A model generated the notes under the pieces. The model had not been told where the DNA came from and searched no databases. It worked only from the letters and a program-made list of their open reading frames with translations. Of a stretch of 64,000 nt of DNA, positions 50,831 to 62,154 are shown piece after piece. This DNA is from Bdellovibrionota bacterium (GTDB taxonomy: Bacteria > Bdellovibrionota > UBA1018 > CAIPTA01 > JAALKR01), in NCBI GenBank assembly GCA_965207455.1, contig CBDBMJ010000001.1, forward strand, positions 1,504,001 through 1,568,000, written 5' to 3'. How positions within the stretch are numbered: the stretch's first letter is position 1; the number at the start of each line of letters is the position of its first letter. The position numbers and the translations under genes are program-made.

Positions 50831-52483
50831 ATGAAAGAAGAAATTCGAGCTCCCCGTGGGTCAACATTGCACTGCAAGGGTTGGGTACAGGAAGCAGCCA
50901 TGCGCATGTTAATGAATAATTTAGATCCTGAGGTAGCTGAAGATCCAAAAAATTTAATTGTGTATGGAGGAAGGGGAAAGGCAGCTCGAAACTGGGAGTG
51001 TTTTCACGCCATTGTTGACGCTTTAAAAGTATTGGGTAATGAAGAGACCTTACTGATACAAAGTGGCGCTCCTGTTGGTGTGCTCCCCTCTCACAGCAAT
51101 GCTCCTAGGGTTCTTATTGCCAATTCCAACTTAGTTCCCAAGTGGGCCACATGGGAGCATTTCGACGCTTTGGATGCCAAAGGGCTTGCCATGTATGGAC
51201 AAATGACTGCTGGAAGTTGGATCTATATTGGCACTCAGGGAATTCTCCAGGGAACGTTTGAAACATTTTTGGCAGCAGCAAAAAAACATTTCCATGGGGA
51301 TTTGACTGGGCATATGGTTGTTTCCGCAGGACTAGGAGGAATGGGTGGAGCTCAGCCCTTGGCAGTAAAGATGGCTTCAGGAGTTTTCCTTGGCGCTGAG
51401 GTGGATGCAAGCAGAATCGATCGTCGATTGGAGACGGGATATTTAGATCAGGCCACCCAAAGTATAGATGATGGAATACAGCGTGCCCTTTATGCCAAGG
51501 AAAAAAAGCAATCCCTCTCCATTGCCATTGAATGTAATGCCATTGATCTTCTTAGTGCTTTGAAATTGAAAAACGTTATTCCTTGTTTACTTACGGATCA
51601 AACGAGTGCCCATGATCCTGTGGGTGGCTATATTCCCCATGGTCCCAGTTTTGAGGAAGCCCTATTGTTACGGGAAAAAGATCCTAAAAAATACCGCACA
51701 CTTGCCATTGAAAGTATGGGTAGGCATGTGCAGCTCATGTTAGATCTGCAAAAGTTAGGTGCTCATACCTTTGATTATGGAAATAATATTCGTGCCTATG
51801 GAAAAGAGGCAGGTGTTGAAAATGCGTTCGACTTTCCGGGTTTTGTGCCTGCCTATATACGTCCCTTATTTTGTAAAGGCAGTGGCCCCTTTCGTTGGGT
51901 AGCTTTGTCTGGAAATCCCGACGACATAAAAGTAACGGACGAGGCTTTATTAAGCGAATTTCCCCACAACAAGGAGCTCCACCTTTGGATACAAAAAGCG
52001 CAAAAATATGTAAAATTCCAAGGGCTGCCTTCCCGTATTTGTTGGTTAGAATATGGGGAGAGAGAGCGTGCAGGTTTATTATTCAACCGACTCGTGCGAG
52101 AGAAAAAAGTTTCTGCACCCATTGTTATTGGCAGGGATCACTTGGACTGTGGCAGTGTGGCCAGTCCCAATAGGGAAACGGAGGCTATGTTGGATGGGTC
52201 GGATGCGGTTGCGGACTGGCCCATTCTCAATGCTTTAATCAATACGGCCTGTGGCGCTTCCTGGGTTTCCATGCACCAGGGTGGTGGTGTGGGAATGGGA
52301 TATTCCATACATGCAGGAATGGTGATTGTTGCTGATGGAACGAAAGAGGCTGATAATCGTCTACGCCTTGTTTTAAACAACGACCCTGCTATGGGAATCC
52401 TACGTCACAGCGATGCTGGCTACACCCTAGCCCAAGCAAAATCAAAAGAGCACAACATAAACGCAGGAAAAAATAATCACTAG
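50831..52483 (+). CDS. hutU: Urocanate hydratase
   Basis: [31 protein letters not shown]. Confidence 0.98.
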   Translation: MKEEIRAPRGSTLHCKGWVQEAAMRMLMNNLDPEVAEDPKNLIVYGGRGKAARNWECFHAIVDALKVLGNEETLLIQSGAPVGVLPSHSNAPRVLIANSNLVPKWATWEHFDALDAKGLAMYGQMTAGSWIYIGTQGILQGTFETFLAAAKKHFHGDLTGHMVVSAGLGGMGGAQPLAVKMASGVFLGAEVDASRIDRRLETGYLDQATQSIDDGIQRALYAKEKKQSLSIAIECNAIDLLSALKLKNVIPCLLTDQTSAHDPVGGYIPHGPSFEEALLLREKDPKKYRTLAIESMGRHVQLMLDLQKLGAHTFDYGNNIRAYGKEAGVENAFDFPGFVPAYIRPLFCKGSGPFRWVALSGNPDDIKVTDEALLSEFPHNKELHLWIQKAQKYVKFQGLPSRICWLEYGERERAGLLFNRLVREKKVSAPIVIGRDHLDCGSVASPNRETEAMLDGSDAVADWPILNALINTACGASWVSMHQGGGVGMGYSIHAGMVIVADGTKEADNRLRLVLNNDPAMGILRHSDAGYTLAQAKSKEHNINAGKNNH

Positions 52484-52484
52484 C

Positions 52485-53702
52485 ATGTTGGTATATAGAA
52501 AAATTGACTGCCTAGTAACTAACGGAAATTTATTAAAAAACTGCGTGCAGCCTCAGGAAAAAGAACTGGGCATAATCAGAAACGCTGCCCTTGTTTTCTC
52601 CCGATCCAAGGGAGTTGTATGGGTAGGTAAGGATAGTGTTCTTCCTGCCATTTTTAAGAAGAAGAAACAAATTATTTGCAAAGGTCATGTGGCGTATCCG
52701 GGTTTTGTGGATTCCCATACCCATCCTGTTTTTGATGGAAACCGCGCCAAGGAGTTTGCTCTACGAACAGCGGGTGCTTCTTATCAGGAGATAGCTCAAG
52801 CCGGTGGAGGTATTCTTTCCACGGTAAGTGCCACGCGAAAAGCGAGTGTAAAAAAACTTTCCCAGCTTGTTCAAACTAGATTGGAGACAGCTTATGATTT
52901 TGGTGTACGCGCCATGGAAGGAAAAAGTGGCTACGGTTTAGAAAAATCGGCAGAGCTTCGATCCTTGAGTGCTCTCCAGTCTGCGGAAAAGAGTTTTAAA
53001 AAAATAAAAGTCCTACGCACTTGTCTTGCGGCCCATGCCGTGCCGCCTGAGTATAAAAACAAAAAAGAAAAATGGGTGGACGTTATTTGCAAAAGTATTT
53101 TGCCTGGTGTTCGAAAAAGAAACCTAGCTTCTTTTGTGGATGTCTTTTGTGATGAAGGTTATTTTTCCATCAGCGATACCCGAAAGATTTTCACCACAGC
53201 CAAGAGTCTTGGTTTTTCACTGCGCCTACACGGAGACGAACTAGCAAACACTGAGGCCGCTTGCCTTGCAGTGGAAATGGGAGCAAAATCTGTGGATCAT
53301 TTATTAAAGGTATCCCCTGCGGGAATTCGAGCTCTAGCCCAAAGTGATACCATTGCCACACTACTTCCCGGCACCAGCTTATTTTTAAAAGAGCCCCCGG
53401 CGCCTGCAAGGGAATTGATTGACGGAGGAGCTGCTGTGGCCCTAGCCACCGACTTTAACCCTGGAACCTGCACCACCCAAAACCTTCCCTTCATTGCATC
53501 CCTTGCCACACTACAATTGGGAATGACTGTACCCGAAGTAATTATAGGCATTACATGGAATGGGGCCTGCGCCCTAGGAATCCAAGACATGTATGGTGCC
53601 CTCAAGGTGGGTTATAGGGGTGAACCTGTTTTTTGCAAAGGGGATCACCCTAGTGCTATTTGCTACCATCTTGCCTCTGGAAAGCTTGTGCGTTTCTCTT
53701 GA
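52485..53702 (+). CDS. hutI: Imidazolonepropionase
   Basis: DSHTH, KSGYG, H.DEL, ATDFNPG. Confidence 0.95.
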   Translation: MLVYRKIDCLVTNGNLLKNCVQPQEKELGIIRNAALVFSRSKGVVWVGKDSVLPAIFKKKKQIICKGHVAYPGFVDSHTHPVFDGNRAKEFALRTAGASYQEIAQAGGGILSTVSATRKASVKKLSQLVQTRLETAYDFGVRAMEGKSGYGLEKSAELRSLSALQSAEKSFKKIKVLRTCLAAHAVPPEYKNKKEKWVDVICKSILPGVRKRNLASFVDVFCDEGYFSISDTRKIFTTAKSLGFSLRLHGDELANTEAACLAVEMGAKSVDHLLKVSPAGIRALAQSDTIATLLPGTSLFLKEPPAPARELIDGGAAVALATDFNPGTCTTQNLPFIASLATLQLGMTVPEVIIGITWNGACALGIQDMYGALKVGYRGEPVFCKGDHPSAICYHLASGKLVRFS

Positions 53703-53732
53703 AATGGGCTTATTCTTGGCTAATTGCCATCT

Positions 53733-54440
53733 TTAATCACTAGGCTTGCCAGGACTAGATCCTCTGCCAAAACCAGTCCCTTTGTTAGAATCAGATCCAC
53801 CAGGGAATCCACGAGTAACCCCTGTACGATTATACGGGTTAGCACCAAGCCCTGCTCCAGAGGAAGGGAATGGGAGTCCGTGAGCATGCGGTTTCCTGAT
53901 AATTCCAAAGTTCTCCTCCTCAATCATTTTTTGAAGTAGCATAAGTACTATCGCATCTTGAGCAGAGTCTTTTCCATGATAGAATGTACCTAGATTAATA
54001 GGATTTTCAGACAGTTTTTTTGCCACTTCAACACCTATAAAAGCTCTCATATGATCTGATTCAGTTAATGCAGCTCCATTCGCTTTTCCTATTGCTTTAT
54101 TTTTTGTATCCCCTGGTTTTTGGAAAAGCTTTACCTCAAATTTCGGTAATCCACAGAAAATGAAAATATTTTTCGTTATCCACTCCCTCAGTTTTCCGGG
54201 TTGAGTGGCTTTTTTCTCTTCAATACTTTTGGATTTTAAAGAGCTTACTGCAAAATTACTTGCAAAAGGGTAGTGGCGTGAGACACATTTTTTAGCAATT
54301 TTTTCCCTTGCTTGATTCATCTTTTCTTGATTCATCTTTTCTTGCTGGTAATTCATCTTTTCTTGATTCGTATTTTTTATTTGAACAGCAGTTGCTGGTA
54401 ATGCTACGGCAAATGCCAGTAGTATAATCATTTTTCGCAT
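53733..54440 (-). CDS. Hypothetical exported protein with NQEKM repeats and Gly-rich tail
   Basis: GAGGAG RBS, signal peptide, short tandem repeats around 54305-54368. Confidence 0.7.
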   Translation of the reverse strand: MRKMIILLAFAVALPATAVQIKNTNQEKMNYQQEKMNQEKMNQAREKIAKKCVSRHYPFASNFAVSSLKSKSIEEKKATQPGKLREWITKNIFIFCGLPKFEVKLFQKPGDTKNKAIGKANGAALTESDHMRAFIGVEVAKKLSENPINLGTFYHGKDSAQDAIVLMLLQKMIEEENFGIIRKPHAHGLPFPSSGAGLGANPYNRTGVTRGFPGGSDSNKGTGFGRGSSPGKPSD

Positions 54441-54550
54441 GGTTTTTCTCCTCTTGTTTGAATTAAATAACTTACTTTATTTAATATAACAGGAGTTTCG
54501 GCAAAATATGGAATCACTTTAATAGAAAATAAATAAAATGCAAAAAATAG

Positions 54551-54900
54551 GAAAGCAGGTACAGTTATAAAAATCCAGCCTCTGGAAAGCTTGTGCGTTT
54601 CTAAAGAGAATCATTTTTTCCAAAAAACAGGTAAAGAAATGAAAGGCAATATTATTTTATATTTTGTATTATAGGTATATGGGTTTGAAAGTAAAAAAAT
54701 GGATAGCCGATGATTCAGGGCAAGCCATAGTGGAATTTGTTCTACTGAAAGCAGGTACAGTTAGTAAAAATCCAGCCTCTGGAAAGCTTGTGCGTTTCTA
54801 AAGAGAATCATTTTTTCCAAAAAACAGGTAAAGAAATGAAAGGCAATATTATTTTATATTTTGTATTATAGGTATATGGGTTTGAAAGTAAAAAAATGGA
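54551..54900 (+). repeat. About 153-bp direct repeat (54551-54703, 54747-54900), each copy containing the last codons of hutI
   Basis: Identical except a 1-bp indel; GCCTCTGGAAAGCTTGTGCGTTTCT also occurs at 53673-53697. Confidence 0.92.
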
Positions 54901-55025
54901 AATTTCACAAGAATTATTAAAAAATTTCCATAAAGAACTGGTCTTTGCTGGCAAGACGAATTGCAGCTCCATGCCCGGAAGTAGACGAGTGCGACCCTGG
55001 TGAAGAATTTGATCTAGGCAGATAG
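54679..55025 (+). pseudogene. Fragmented Flp/TadE-type prepilin gene
   Basis: MGLKVKKWIADDSGQAIVEFVLL (G|xxxxEF prepilin motif) is cut by the repeat; probable C-terminus NWSLLARRIAAPCPEVDECDPGEEFDLGR* lies after the second copy. Confidence 0.6.
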
Positions 55026-55045
55026 CATACCAGATGAATCTATCT

Positions 55046-57042
55046 TTATTTATTCAAACTCTCCCTAGCGCCCTGTAGGGCACGTTCTCTATTTACAATA
55101 CCACCAGATTTTACTTTGCCTTTCAGTTCTGGTTTTTTATCCACGGTCTCCATGATGATTTTGATGATTTCTTCAGGCTTTAGGGCTGGATTGATCACTT
55201 TCATGTGAGCAATAATGTTTGTTACAAAAGGCACTGCCACTGATGTTCCATCCATCAGGTTCCGACTGTTATTTCGAGATGACACGATGATAAGCACCCC
55301 TGGAGCTATCACATCCACTGAGTTCTTTCCAACGTTTGAAAAGTCTGCTAATTCCCCAAAGTAGTCTCCCGCCGTTACAACAATCATATTAGAGTGTTCG
55401 GAAAACTTTTTATCAGATGATGGACTATCAACATCAATACCCTCATTTCCAGCAGCCACAACAAATGTCATATCTTCACAATCTGTCATTGCTTTGCCAA
55501 AACCCTTATTATCAGTAGAATCAAAATTCCAACTAGCATTTGAAAGTTCTGAGCCTTCATTACATGCATGATGGAATGCAGCGTATTCTTCTTCTGACGT
55601 TGAATCGCTATCAAAACGAATAGGAAAGGCTGTAATGCTAGCATCTCCTGCAACAGCGATTCCGGCAACTTCAGTTCCATGAAAATCAACACCGGTTCTA
55701 TAATCAACAATTATGTCATTGGGACGTTTATCGTTATCGACAGTATCCAGTCCAATACCAGTGTACCCTGCCCTTTCCTCTATCTTCTTAGTATCTTCAG
55801 ATAAACTAGCGATTTTAGCAAGGAGTTCGTCTCCATAATTTTGTTTTTCAGCTTCACTCATTTTTTCAAGTTTACTTTCAGCTTGTTGTTTGTTTTCCCT
55901 TAACCGCTCCAGTTGTTTTAATACTTTTCCATTGGGTCGACGGATTCTAAAAGCCAGATTACGATTATTGTAAAAAATCCCACTATCAGCTACTGTAACT
56001 ATAACTTGCTTTATTTTATTTATTTTAGTGAACAATTTAAGCAATTCATTTGAATGAGTACAGTCTCCATAAATTTCCTGTAAGCTCATTATTCGAGGGT
56101 TTGCCTGAACAGTATTTTCAATATCTCCATTTTTGTCTAAATATTGTATTTCTAATAAACGTTTGTGTGAGTCTCGTTCCATGATTTGAGCATGTTTGAA
56201 ATTGCAATTGTTGTCAAACCAAGATGTATTTTCACGATCATTTTCGATCCTCCATACAGCTCTACTTCCATTATTAATCCCAATATTGCTTTCTATTTTT
56301 TCTCCTTTATTATTATAGTAATTTGTAATTTCTAATCGAGTAGGATAAGGAAAATTAATTCTTACAACCCTCAAATGAGCGCCGTTGCCATAATTATAAT
56401 AAAACATACTCACATTCTCAATAGATCTACCAGTCAAACGCTTAGCTAATTTTTTTATTTCGCTTCTTTTTTTTCCCCTACTATAAACAGCATGCCTGCG
56501 AGCATTAAATTTGGCAGCGTTAACTCCGTGGATAGTATCTTCAGACATATTAAATAAAATTTCCTCATGATCACAAAGCATCTTTCTGCCTGCTTTCTGG
56601 AGGCTAAACCACTTACCAAGTCTTAATTTAAGTTTTTTATCGAGATAAGCTTTCTTTTTTGTTAAATATTCTTGTATCTCTGGCTCATTATTTGGATTTT
56701 TGGATAGGACAGTAATCCATTCTTCTATAGGTTCGTTTATGGAAAGCTTAAGAAAAAATTTTTCATCAGAATACTCTCCCCAATAATTCATTCTTTCATT
56801 GAGAGTTATATAATTGATATCTTTAATGCCTTGTGTTTTTTCCAAGGCTTTTTTTAATCTTTCTTTTTATTATTCGTTTTGTTTTCAAGAATTTGTTTTA
56901 CTTCTTTATAAAGTTCATGATCTTCTGGATAAAAATATTTGTTCGTTTCTCCATTAGACATCTGATATATTTTTGCATAAGAAGTAAATGACTCTTGAAA
57001 AATCAAAAGACAAAATAAAAAAATGAGTCCTGTTTTAATCAT
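55046..57042 (-). pseudogene. Exported S8 subtilase, frameshifted near its 5' end (track ORFs 56854-57042 and 55046-56845)
   Basis: VADSG, HGTEVAG, AAGN, GTSVAVP. The signal peptide lies in the upstream 62-aa ORF; adding one A to the run at 56864-56868 fuses them. Confidence 0.75.
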
Positions 57043-57053
57043 TGCCAGCCTTT

Positions 57054-57783
57054 TTAGGGAGAAAGGGCAGTTATTTCATTTTTTGCGTATGAAATTTGTT
57101 TATGCCAAGATCTGGGGGCAACAGATTCGGCTCTTTTTATAAATGCTTTATAATTCTTGGTTGCCGCTATCGTATTGCTTAAGGATTTATAACATTGTGC
57201 TATTGGAATATGAGCTAGAAAAGCTCGCTTATTTATTTTTAAAACTTGCTTATATTTTTTTATAGCTTCTTTACAATCGCCACGTTTCTTGTAAATTTCT
57301 CCAGCGGCAAAATAGGCAGATTCATTCTTTGAATCCAATTTTATGGCTTTATTGAAATAGGCTAAAGCAATGTGATCAGATTTTTTTTTCATCAAGAGCC
57401 AAAACTCCAAGATTGAATAAGGCTGTTGTGTTTGTGGGCTCTGCCTTAAAAATTTTTTGGTATAGTTTTTTAGCCTTTGCGTATTGTTTTGTTTTATGAA
57501 AAGAATGGGCTAGCACTCGCATGGCTGTAATTGATTTGGGAGCCAAGGATAATGCATCTTTTGAATATTGTATGGCTTTTTTGTATTGGTTTCTTTGTGA
57601 AAAAATACCACTAAGTTTTAGCAAAGCATGAAGGTCTTTGGGATTTTTCTTCAACCGGCCCTGGTGTTTTTCAATGAGCACATCTTGATAGGACTTTATA
57701 TTTAATGGCTTTTCAGCAGCCTGACTGGGTATTTCCATTAGTACGAGAAGGAGTAGAGCGAGTAATGTGCGGGTATGATTCAA
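57054..57783 (-). pseudogene. Exported TPR-repeat protein split by a frameshift in an A9 run
   Basis: Two TPR ORFs overlap at T9 57381-57389; A8 would give one continuous ORF. Confidence 0.78.
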
Positions 57784-57872
57784 ATCAGAACTCCTCTGTG
57801 CGCTAAGTTGCTTCCATTCATGTAAAACTCTATCAAACTATATTATATCCACACTCTCGCATATGAAGCAAT

Positions 57873-58502
57873 TTACTTATCTATTTTCAATATGCTCTCT
57901 TCCACAATTTTTCGTAGTTCTTGGAGTTGGCTTTGGTGGAGGGGGGATGGGGTGGTGTTTCTACCTGTTTCAGGTAACAAATCCATGGGCGGTTTGGGTT
58001 CTGCTTCTTGTTTGGGCTTCGTGATGTCCTTCCGTAAGCGCAAGCGGTACTTCTTATCATAATAGCCATCATTAAATTTCTTACAGCAAGTATAGCAAGC
58101 CATGTTTTTTAACTTTCTACGAGCAGGAAGCAGTTCCTTGCAGTGGATGCATTCATAATAGTGGCGTATGGGTCGCACCTGGGGTACGGGGTTATAGCGA
58201 GGAGCCTGTGTTTCTCGCATTTTTTTATGAAACTCAGGTGTGTGGCCGTAGGGACGGTGCCGGTGCCATAACCAAAAATGAATCATTTCGTGGAGAACGG
58301 TGCCACGAATATGGGTCTCCCCGTCCGTTAGGCTTTGGAGGTAGGAGGCCACTTCGATGGTCGCTCGCTCTCCTTGGCGTGTGCCCGGAGTGAAACGCCC
58401 CGAGGTGGCCCTCAGTCGTGAGTTCCATGTCAATATGGGCAGGGGTAGTGAAGACTCAAAGTGCTTCGCATTGAGTGCTTGGAATATATTTTCCAATTGC
58501 AT
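57873..58502 (-). CDS. SprT-like zinc metalloprotease
   Basis: WNSRLRATSG, LHEMIH, HTPEF, CxxC pairs. Confidence 0.88.
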   Translation of the reverse strand: MQLENIFQALNAKHFESSLPLPILTWNSRLRATSGRFTPGTRQGERATIEVASYLQSLTDGETHIRGTVLHEMIHFWLWHRHRPYGHTPEFHKKMRETQAPRYNPVPQVRPIRHYYECIHCKELLPARRKLKNMACYTCCKKFNDGYYDKKYRLRLRKDITKPKQEAEPKPPMDLLPETGRNTTPSPLHQSQLQELRKIVEESILKIDK

Positions 58503-59642
58503 TTACGATCGCTCGTTAATGGGTACCCATTTTTTATCGCTTTCACCAATATAGAAAGTACGGGGACGGATTAAGCGATTATTTTTTCTTTGCTCCATAA
58601 TATGGGCTAACCAGCCAGAAGATCTTGCTAAAGCAAACACAGGAGTAAAGAGATCCGTGGGTATGCCCAAGCAGTGGTAGAGGCTTGCGGAATAAAAATC
58701 AACGTTGGGCATAAGTCCTTTTTGATTTTCCAGAATGTCGTTGATCTTCACACTCATTTCATAGAGGTGGGATTTGTCCACTTCTTGGCAAACCTCTTTG
58801 GACATGGACTTGAGTATAGCTGCCCTTGGGTCGCCATTTTTATACACCCGATGACCAAAGCCCATAATCTTTTCTTTTTTCTCCAAAGCCGTTTGTAACC
58901 AGTTTTCCACATTATCGGTGGATCCAATACGGTCGAGCATACGCATAACCTGCTCGTTGGCTCCGCCATGAAGCGGTCCCATGAGTGTGCCTATAGCCGA
59001 GGTCATGGAAGAATACACGTCCGACTGTGTGGCAGTGGTCACCCTAGCGCTAAAGGTGGAAGCATTCATTTCATGGTCCGCGTGAAGGATAAGTGCCGTG
59101 TCGAAAATACTCTCAAAGTTTTTATCCGTGGCTTTGCCATTAAGAAGGGTGAAAAAATTGCTGGCTATGGTTTTGCTGGGGTCCGGCTGCACTAAGTCCC
59201 AGTCGTTTCGGATCCGGTGCCAAGCTGCGATGAGGGAGGGTATTTTTGCCGTGATACGAATGGCCTGGCGAACAAGCGCCTCAGGACTATTGTCGCCCCG
59301 ATCCGGATCCCACATGGATAGCAAAGACACGGAACTGCGCAGCGCCTCCATCGGCATTGTGGTCTTCGGAAAGCTCCGAATAATTTTGACCAACGGTGAG
59401 GGAAGCTCCATGCTGCTCGAAAGGCTATGACACCAATTCTTATATTCCTCTTGGTTGGGCAATTTTCCATGCCACAAAAGGTAGGCCACCTCTTCAAAAC
59501 GGGAATTTGCAGCCAGATCCTCAATGGTATAGCCCCGGTAGGTGAGAGTGGTATCCATAATGGCACTAACGCGACTGGTGAACGCAATAACGCCCTCCAA
59601 CCCCTTATCCGCAGTTTCTGGAATGTTCAAATTCTCCCCCAT
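58503..59642 (-). CDS. Citrate synthase (short type) / 2-methylcitrate synthase
   Basis: KGLEGV, HADHEMNAST, GPLHGGAN, GFGHRVY, PNVDF. Confidence 0.93.
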   Translation of the reverse strand: MGENLNIPETADKGLEGVIAFTSRVSAIMDTTLTYRGYTIEDLAANSRFEEVAYLLWHGKLPNQEEYKNWCHSLSSSMELPSPLVKIIRSFPKTTMPMEALRSSVSLLSMWDPDRGDNSPEALVRQAIRITAKIPSLIAAWHRIRNDWDLVQPDPSKTIASNFFTLLNGKATDKNFESIFDTALILHADHEMNASTFSARVTTATQSDVYSSMTSAIGTLMGPLHGGANEQVMRMLDRIGSTDNVENWLQTALEKKEKIMGFGHRVYKNGDPRAAILKSMSKEVCQEVDKSHLYEMSVKINDILENQKGLMPNVDFYSASLYHCLGIPTDLFTPVFALARSSGWLAHIMEQRKNNRLIRPRTFYIGESDKKWVPINERS

Positions 59643-59713
59643 AGAAACCTAACTATAGAGGAAAGTATGAATAGAATCAAGAAAGATTTGATAGTATAAA
59701 GTTCTAGTAAACC

Positions 59714-59971
59714 ATGGACGACAAAAAAATACAGCACAAGATAGAGCAACGCCTAAGAGAAGCCTTGGATCCCACCGAACTGATGGTCCAAGATCAATCC
59801 CATCTCCATAAAGGACATGGGGCTACGGGTGGGCACTTTCATGCACAGATCACCTCCCCTCGTTTTGAGGGGCTTTCCCCGCTAGAGTGTCAGCGCCTTG
59901 TATATTCCGCTCTGGGGGATCTGATGGGGGCAGAAATACACGCATTTTCCATGAAATGTAAAGCTTCTTAA
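59714..59971 (+). CDS. bolA: BolA family protein
   Basis: DQSHLH.GH, GHF, FEGLS...QRLVY, IHAFS. Confidence 0.92.
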   Translation: MDDKKIQHKIEQRLREALDPTELMVQDQSHLHKGHGATGGHFHAQITSPRFEGLSPLECQRLVYSALGDLMGAEIHAFSMKCKAS

Positions 59972-60047
59972 AATATTGTTGCTATCGACCGATAAGTTAT
60001 ATATTGAAAGGAAGTTAAGGATTTAATATTATATATAAGAGGTAATT

Positions 60048-62153
60048 ATGGCTGAATTAGACATTAAAAAACTACGCAATATTGGAATTTCTGCTCATAT
60101 TGATTCGGGGAAGACTACTTTCACGGAGCGTGTGCTTTTCTATACGGGAAGGATTCATGCCATTCATGAGGTTCGGGGTAAGGACGGTGTGGGCGCCAAG
60201 ATGGACTCCATGGACCTGGAGCGGGAAAAGGGAATTACGATTCAGTCCGCAGCTACTTTTTGTAACTGGAAAGACTACAGCATCAACATTATCGATACTC
60301 CCGGACACGTGGATTTTACCGTGGAAGTGGAGCGTGCCCTTCGCGTTCTGGATGGGGCTATTTTGATTCTTTGTGGAGTGTCTGGGGTGCAATCTCAGTC
60401 CATCACGGTGGATCGTCAAATGAAACGCTATAATGTCCCCCGGCTTGCTTTTATAAATAAATTGGACAGAGCGGGGGCAAACCCTATTCGAGTGATGGAG
60501 CAGCTCAGGGATAAGTTAAATCTTAATGCGGCAGTGGCTCAGATTCCCATTGGTTTGGAAGAGAATCATGTGGGAGTGGTTGACCTAATAAAAAGGCGAG
60601 CTTTTTATTTCACGGGTTCCAACGGGGAAAAAGTCGAAGAGACGGATGTTCCAGAGGAGATGAAAAGTTTAACTGAGGAGAAACGCCAACTATATATTGA
60701 AAGACTAGCGGATGCCGATGATAAGTTGGGTGAAAAGTTTATTATGGAGGAGGAGATTACTGATGAGGATATCGCTCAGGCCACTCGTCGAGCAGTGATT
60801 GCCCTAAAATTTTGTCCCGTCTTTATGGGTTCTGCTTTTAAAAACCGGGGAGTGCAGTTAGCCCTGAATGCGGTTTGTGAATATTTACCTAACCCCACTG
60901 AGGTGGAAAATAAGGCTCTCGATCAGGATGCCGACGAGAAAGAAGTGGAAGTGCTCAGTGATTTCAGCCTTCCTCTTGTGGCACTTGCCTTTAAGCTGGA
61001 AGAGAGTCGCTATGGACAAATTACTTATATGCGCGTCTATCAAGGAAGGATGAAAAAGGGTGATGTGATTTTTAATATCTCTGCTGGAGGAAAGAAGGTT
61101 AAGATTCCTCGCTTAGTACGAATGCACTCCAACGAGTTGGTGGACTTGGATGAGGGTGTGGCAGGCGATATTGTTGCCATGTTTGGCGTGGACTGTGCCT
61201 CTGGAGATACATTTACCGACGGTCGACTGAAATACACCATGACTTCCATGTTTGTTCCTGAAGCAGTTATCAGCCTAGCAGTTTCCCCTGCCGAAAAAAA
61301 TGAACAGGCCAATTTCTCCAAAGCCTTAAACCGCTTTACCCGGGAAGACCCCACCCTTCGTGTGCGAAGGGATGAAGAGTCTGGAGAAACTATTTTAAGT
61401 GGAATGGGAGAGCTACACTTGGAAATTTATATTGAGCGGATGTCTCGTGAGTATAAGTGTAAGGTAAATACGGGTAAGCCTCAGGTGGCCTATCGGGAGA
61501 CGATCACAGTCCCCTCCGGCTATAACTATACCCACAAAAAACAATCGGGTGGTGCAGGGCAATTTGCCCGTGTGGCAGGAAGAATGGAGCCACTACCGTT
61601 TGATGGAGTGCCATACGAGTTTGCCAATAAAATCGTGGGTGGTGTGATTCCCAAAGAGTATATCCCTTCTTGCGACAAAGGTTTCCGAGAGCAACTCTTA
61701 AAAGGTGGACTCATCGGTGCGCCAGTGATTGGAGTAAGAATGGTATTGAACGATGGCCAAACCCACGACGTGGACTCCTCAGAACTAGCCTTTAAGATTG
61801 CTTCCCAAGCGGCTGTGCGAGAAGTCTATCCCAAATGTTCACCAGCTATTCTCGAACCCATGATGAAACTAGAGGTTCAAGCTCCTGAGGAGTTCCAAGG
61901 AACGGTGATGGGACAAGTGAACCAACGTCGGGGAATTATTCAAAATTCCACTACAAACATGGGCTACGTTACGGTGGAAGCCCTAACTCCCCTGTCTGAA
62001 ATGTTTGGCTACTCAACAGATCTTCGCTCCGCTACTCAGGGAAAAGGTGAGTTCACCATGGAATTTTCCAAGTACCAGCCAGTGCCAAAAGCCATCCAAG
62101 GGGAAATGGTTAAGAAATACCAGGAGAAGCGAGAAAAGGAATCCAAAGGCTAA
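60048..62153 (+). CDS. fusA: Elongation factor G
   Basis: [37 protein letters not shown]. Confidence 0.98.
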   Translation: MAELDIKKLRNIGISAHIDSGKTTFTERVLFYTGRIHAIHEVRGKDGVGAKMDSMDLEREKGITIQSAATFCNWKDYSINIIDTPGHVDFTVEVERALRVLDGAILILCGVSGVQSQSITVDRQMKRYNVPRLAFINKLDRAGANPIRVMEQLRDKLNLNAAVAQIPIGLEENHVGVVDLIKRRAFYFTGSNGEKVEETDVPEEMKSLTEEKRQLYIERLADADDKLGEKFIMEEEITDEDIAQATRRAVIALKFCPVFMGSAFKNRGVQLALNAVCEYLPNPTEVENKALDQDADEKEVEVLSDFSLPLVALAFKLEESRYGQITYMRVYQGRMKKGDVIFNISAGGKKVKIPRLVRMHSNELVDLDEGVAGDIVAMFGVDCASGDTFTDGRLKYTMTSMFVPEAVISLAVSPAEKNEQANFSKALNRFTREDPTLRVRRDEESGETILSGMGELHLEIYIERMSREYKCKVNTGKPQVAYRETITVPSGYNYTHKKQSGGAGQFARVAGRMEPLPFDGVPYEFANKIVGGVIPKEYIPSCDKGFREQLLKGGLIGAPVIGVRMVLNDGQTHDVDSSELAFKIASQAAVREVYPKCSPAILEPMMKLEVQAPEEFQGTVMGQVNQRRGIIQNSTTNMGYVTVEALTPLSEMFGYSTDLRSATQGKGEFTMEFSKYQPVPKAIQGEMVKKYQEKREKESKG

Positions 62154-62154
62154 G

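Noticed and set aside
54901..55045. GC-richer stretch considered as SRP or another ncRNA
   Set aside because: No SRP motif; better explained as the coding remnant of the pilin C-terminus
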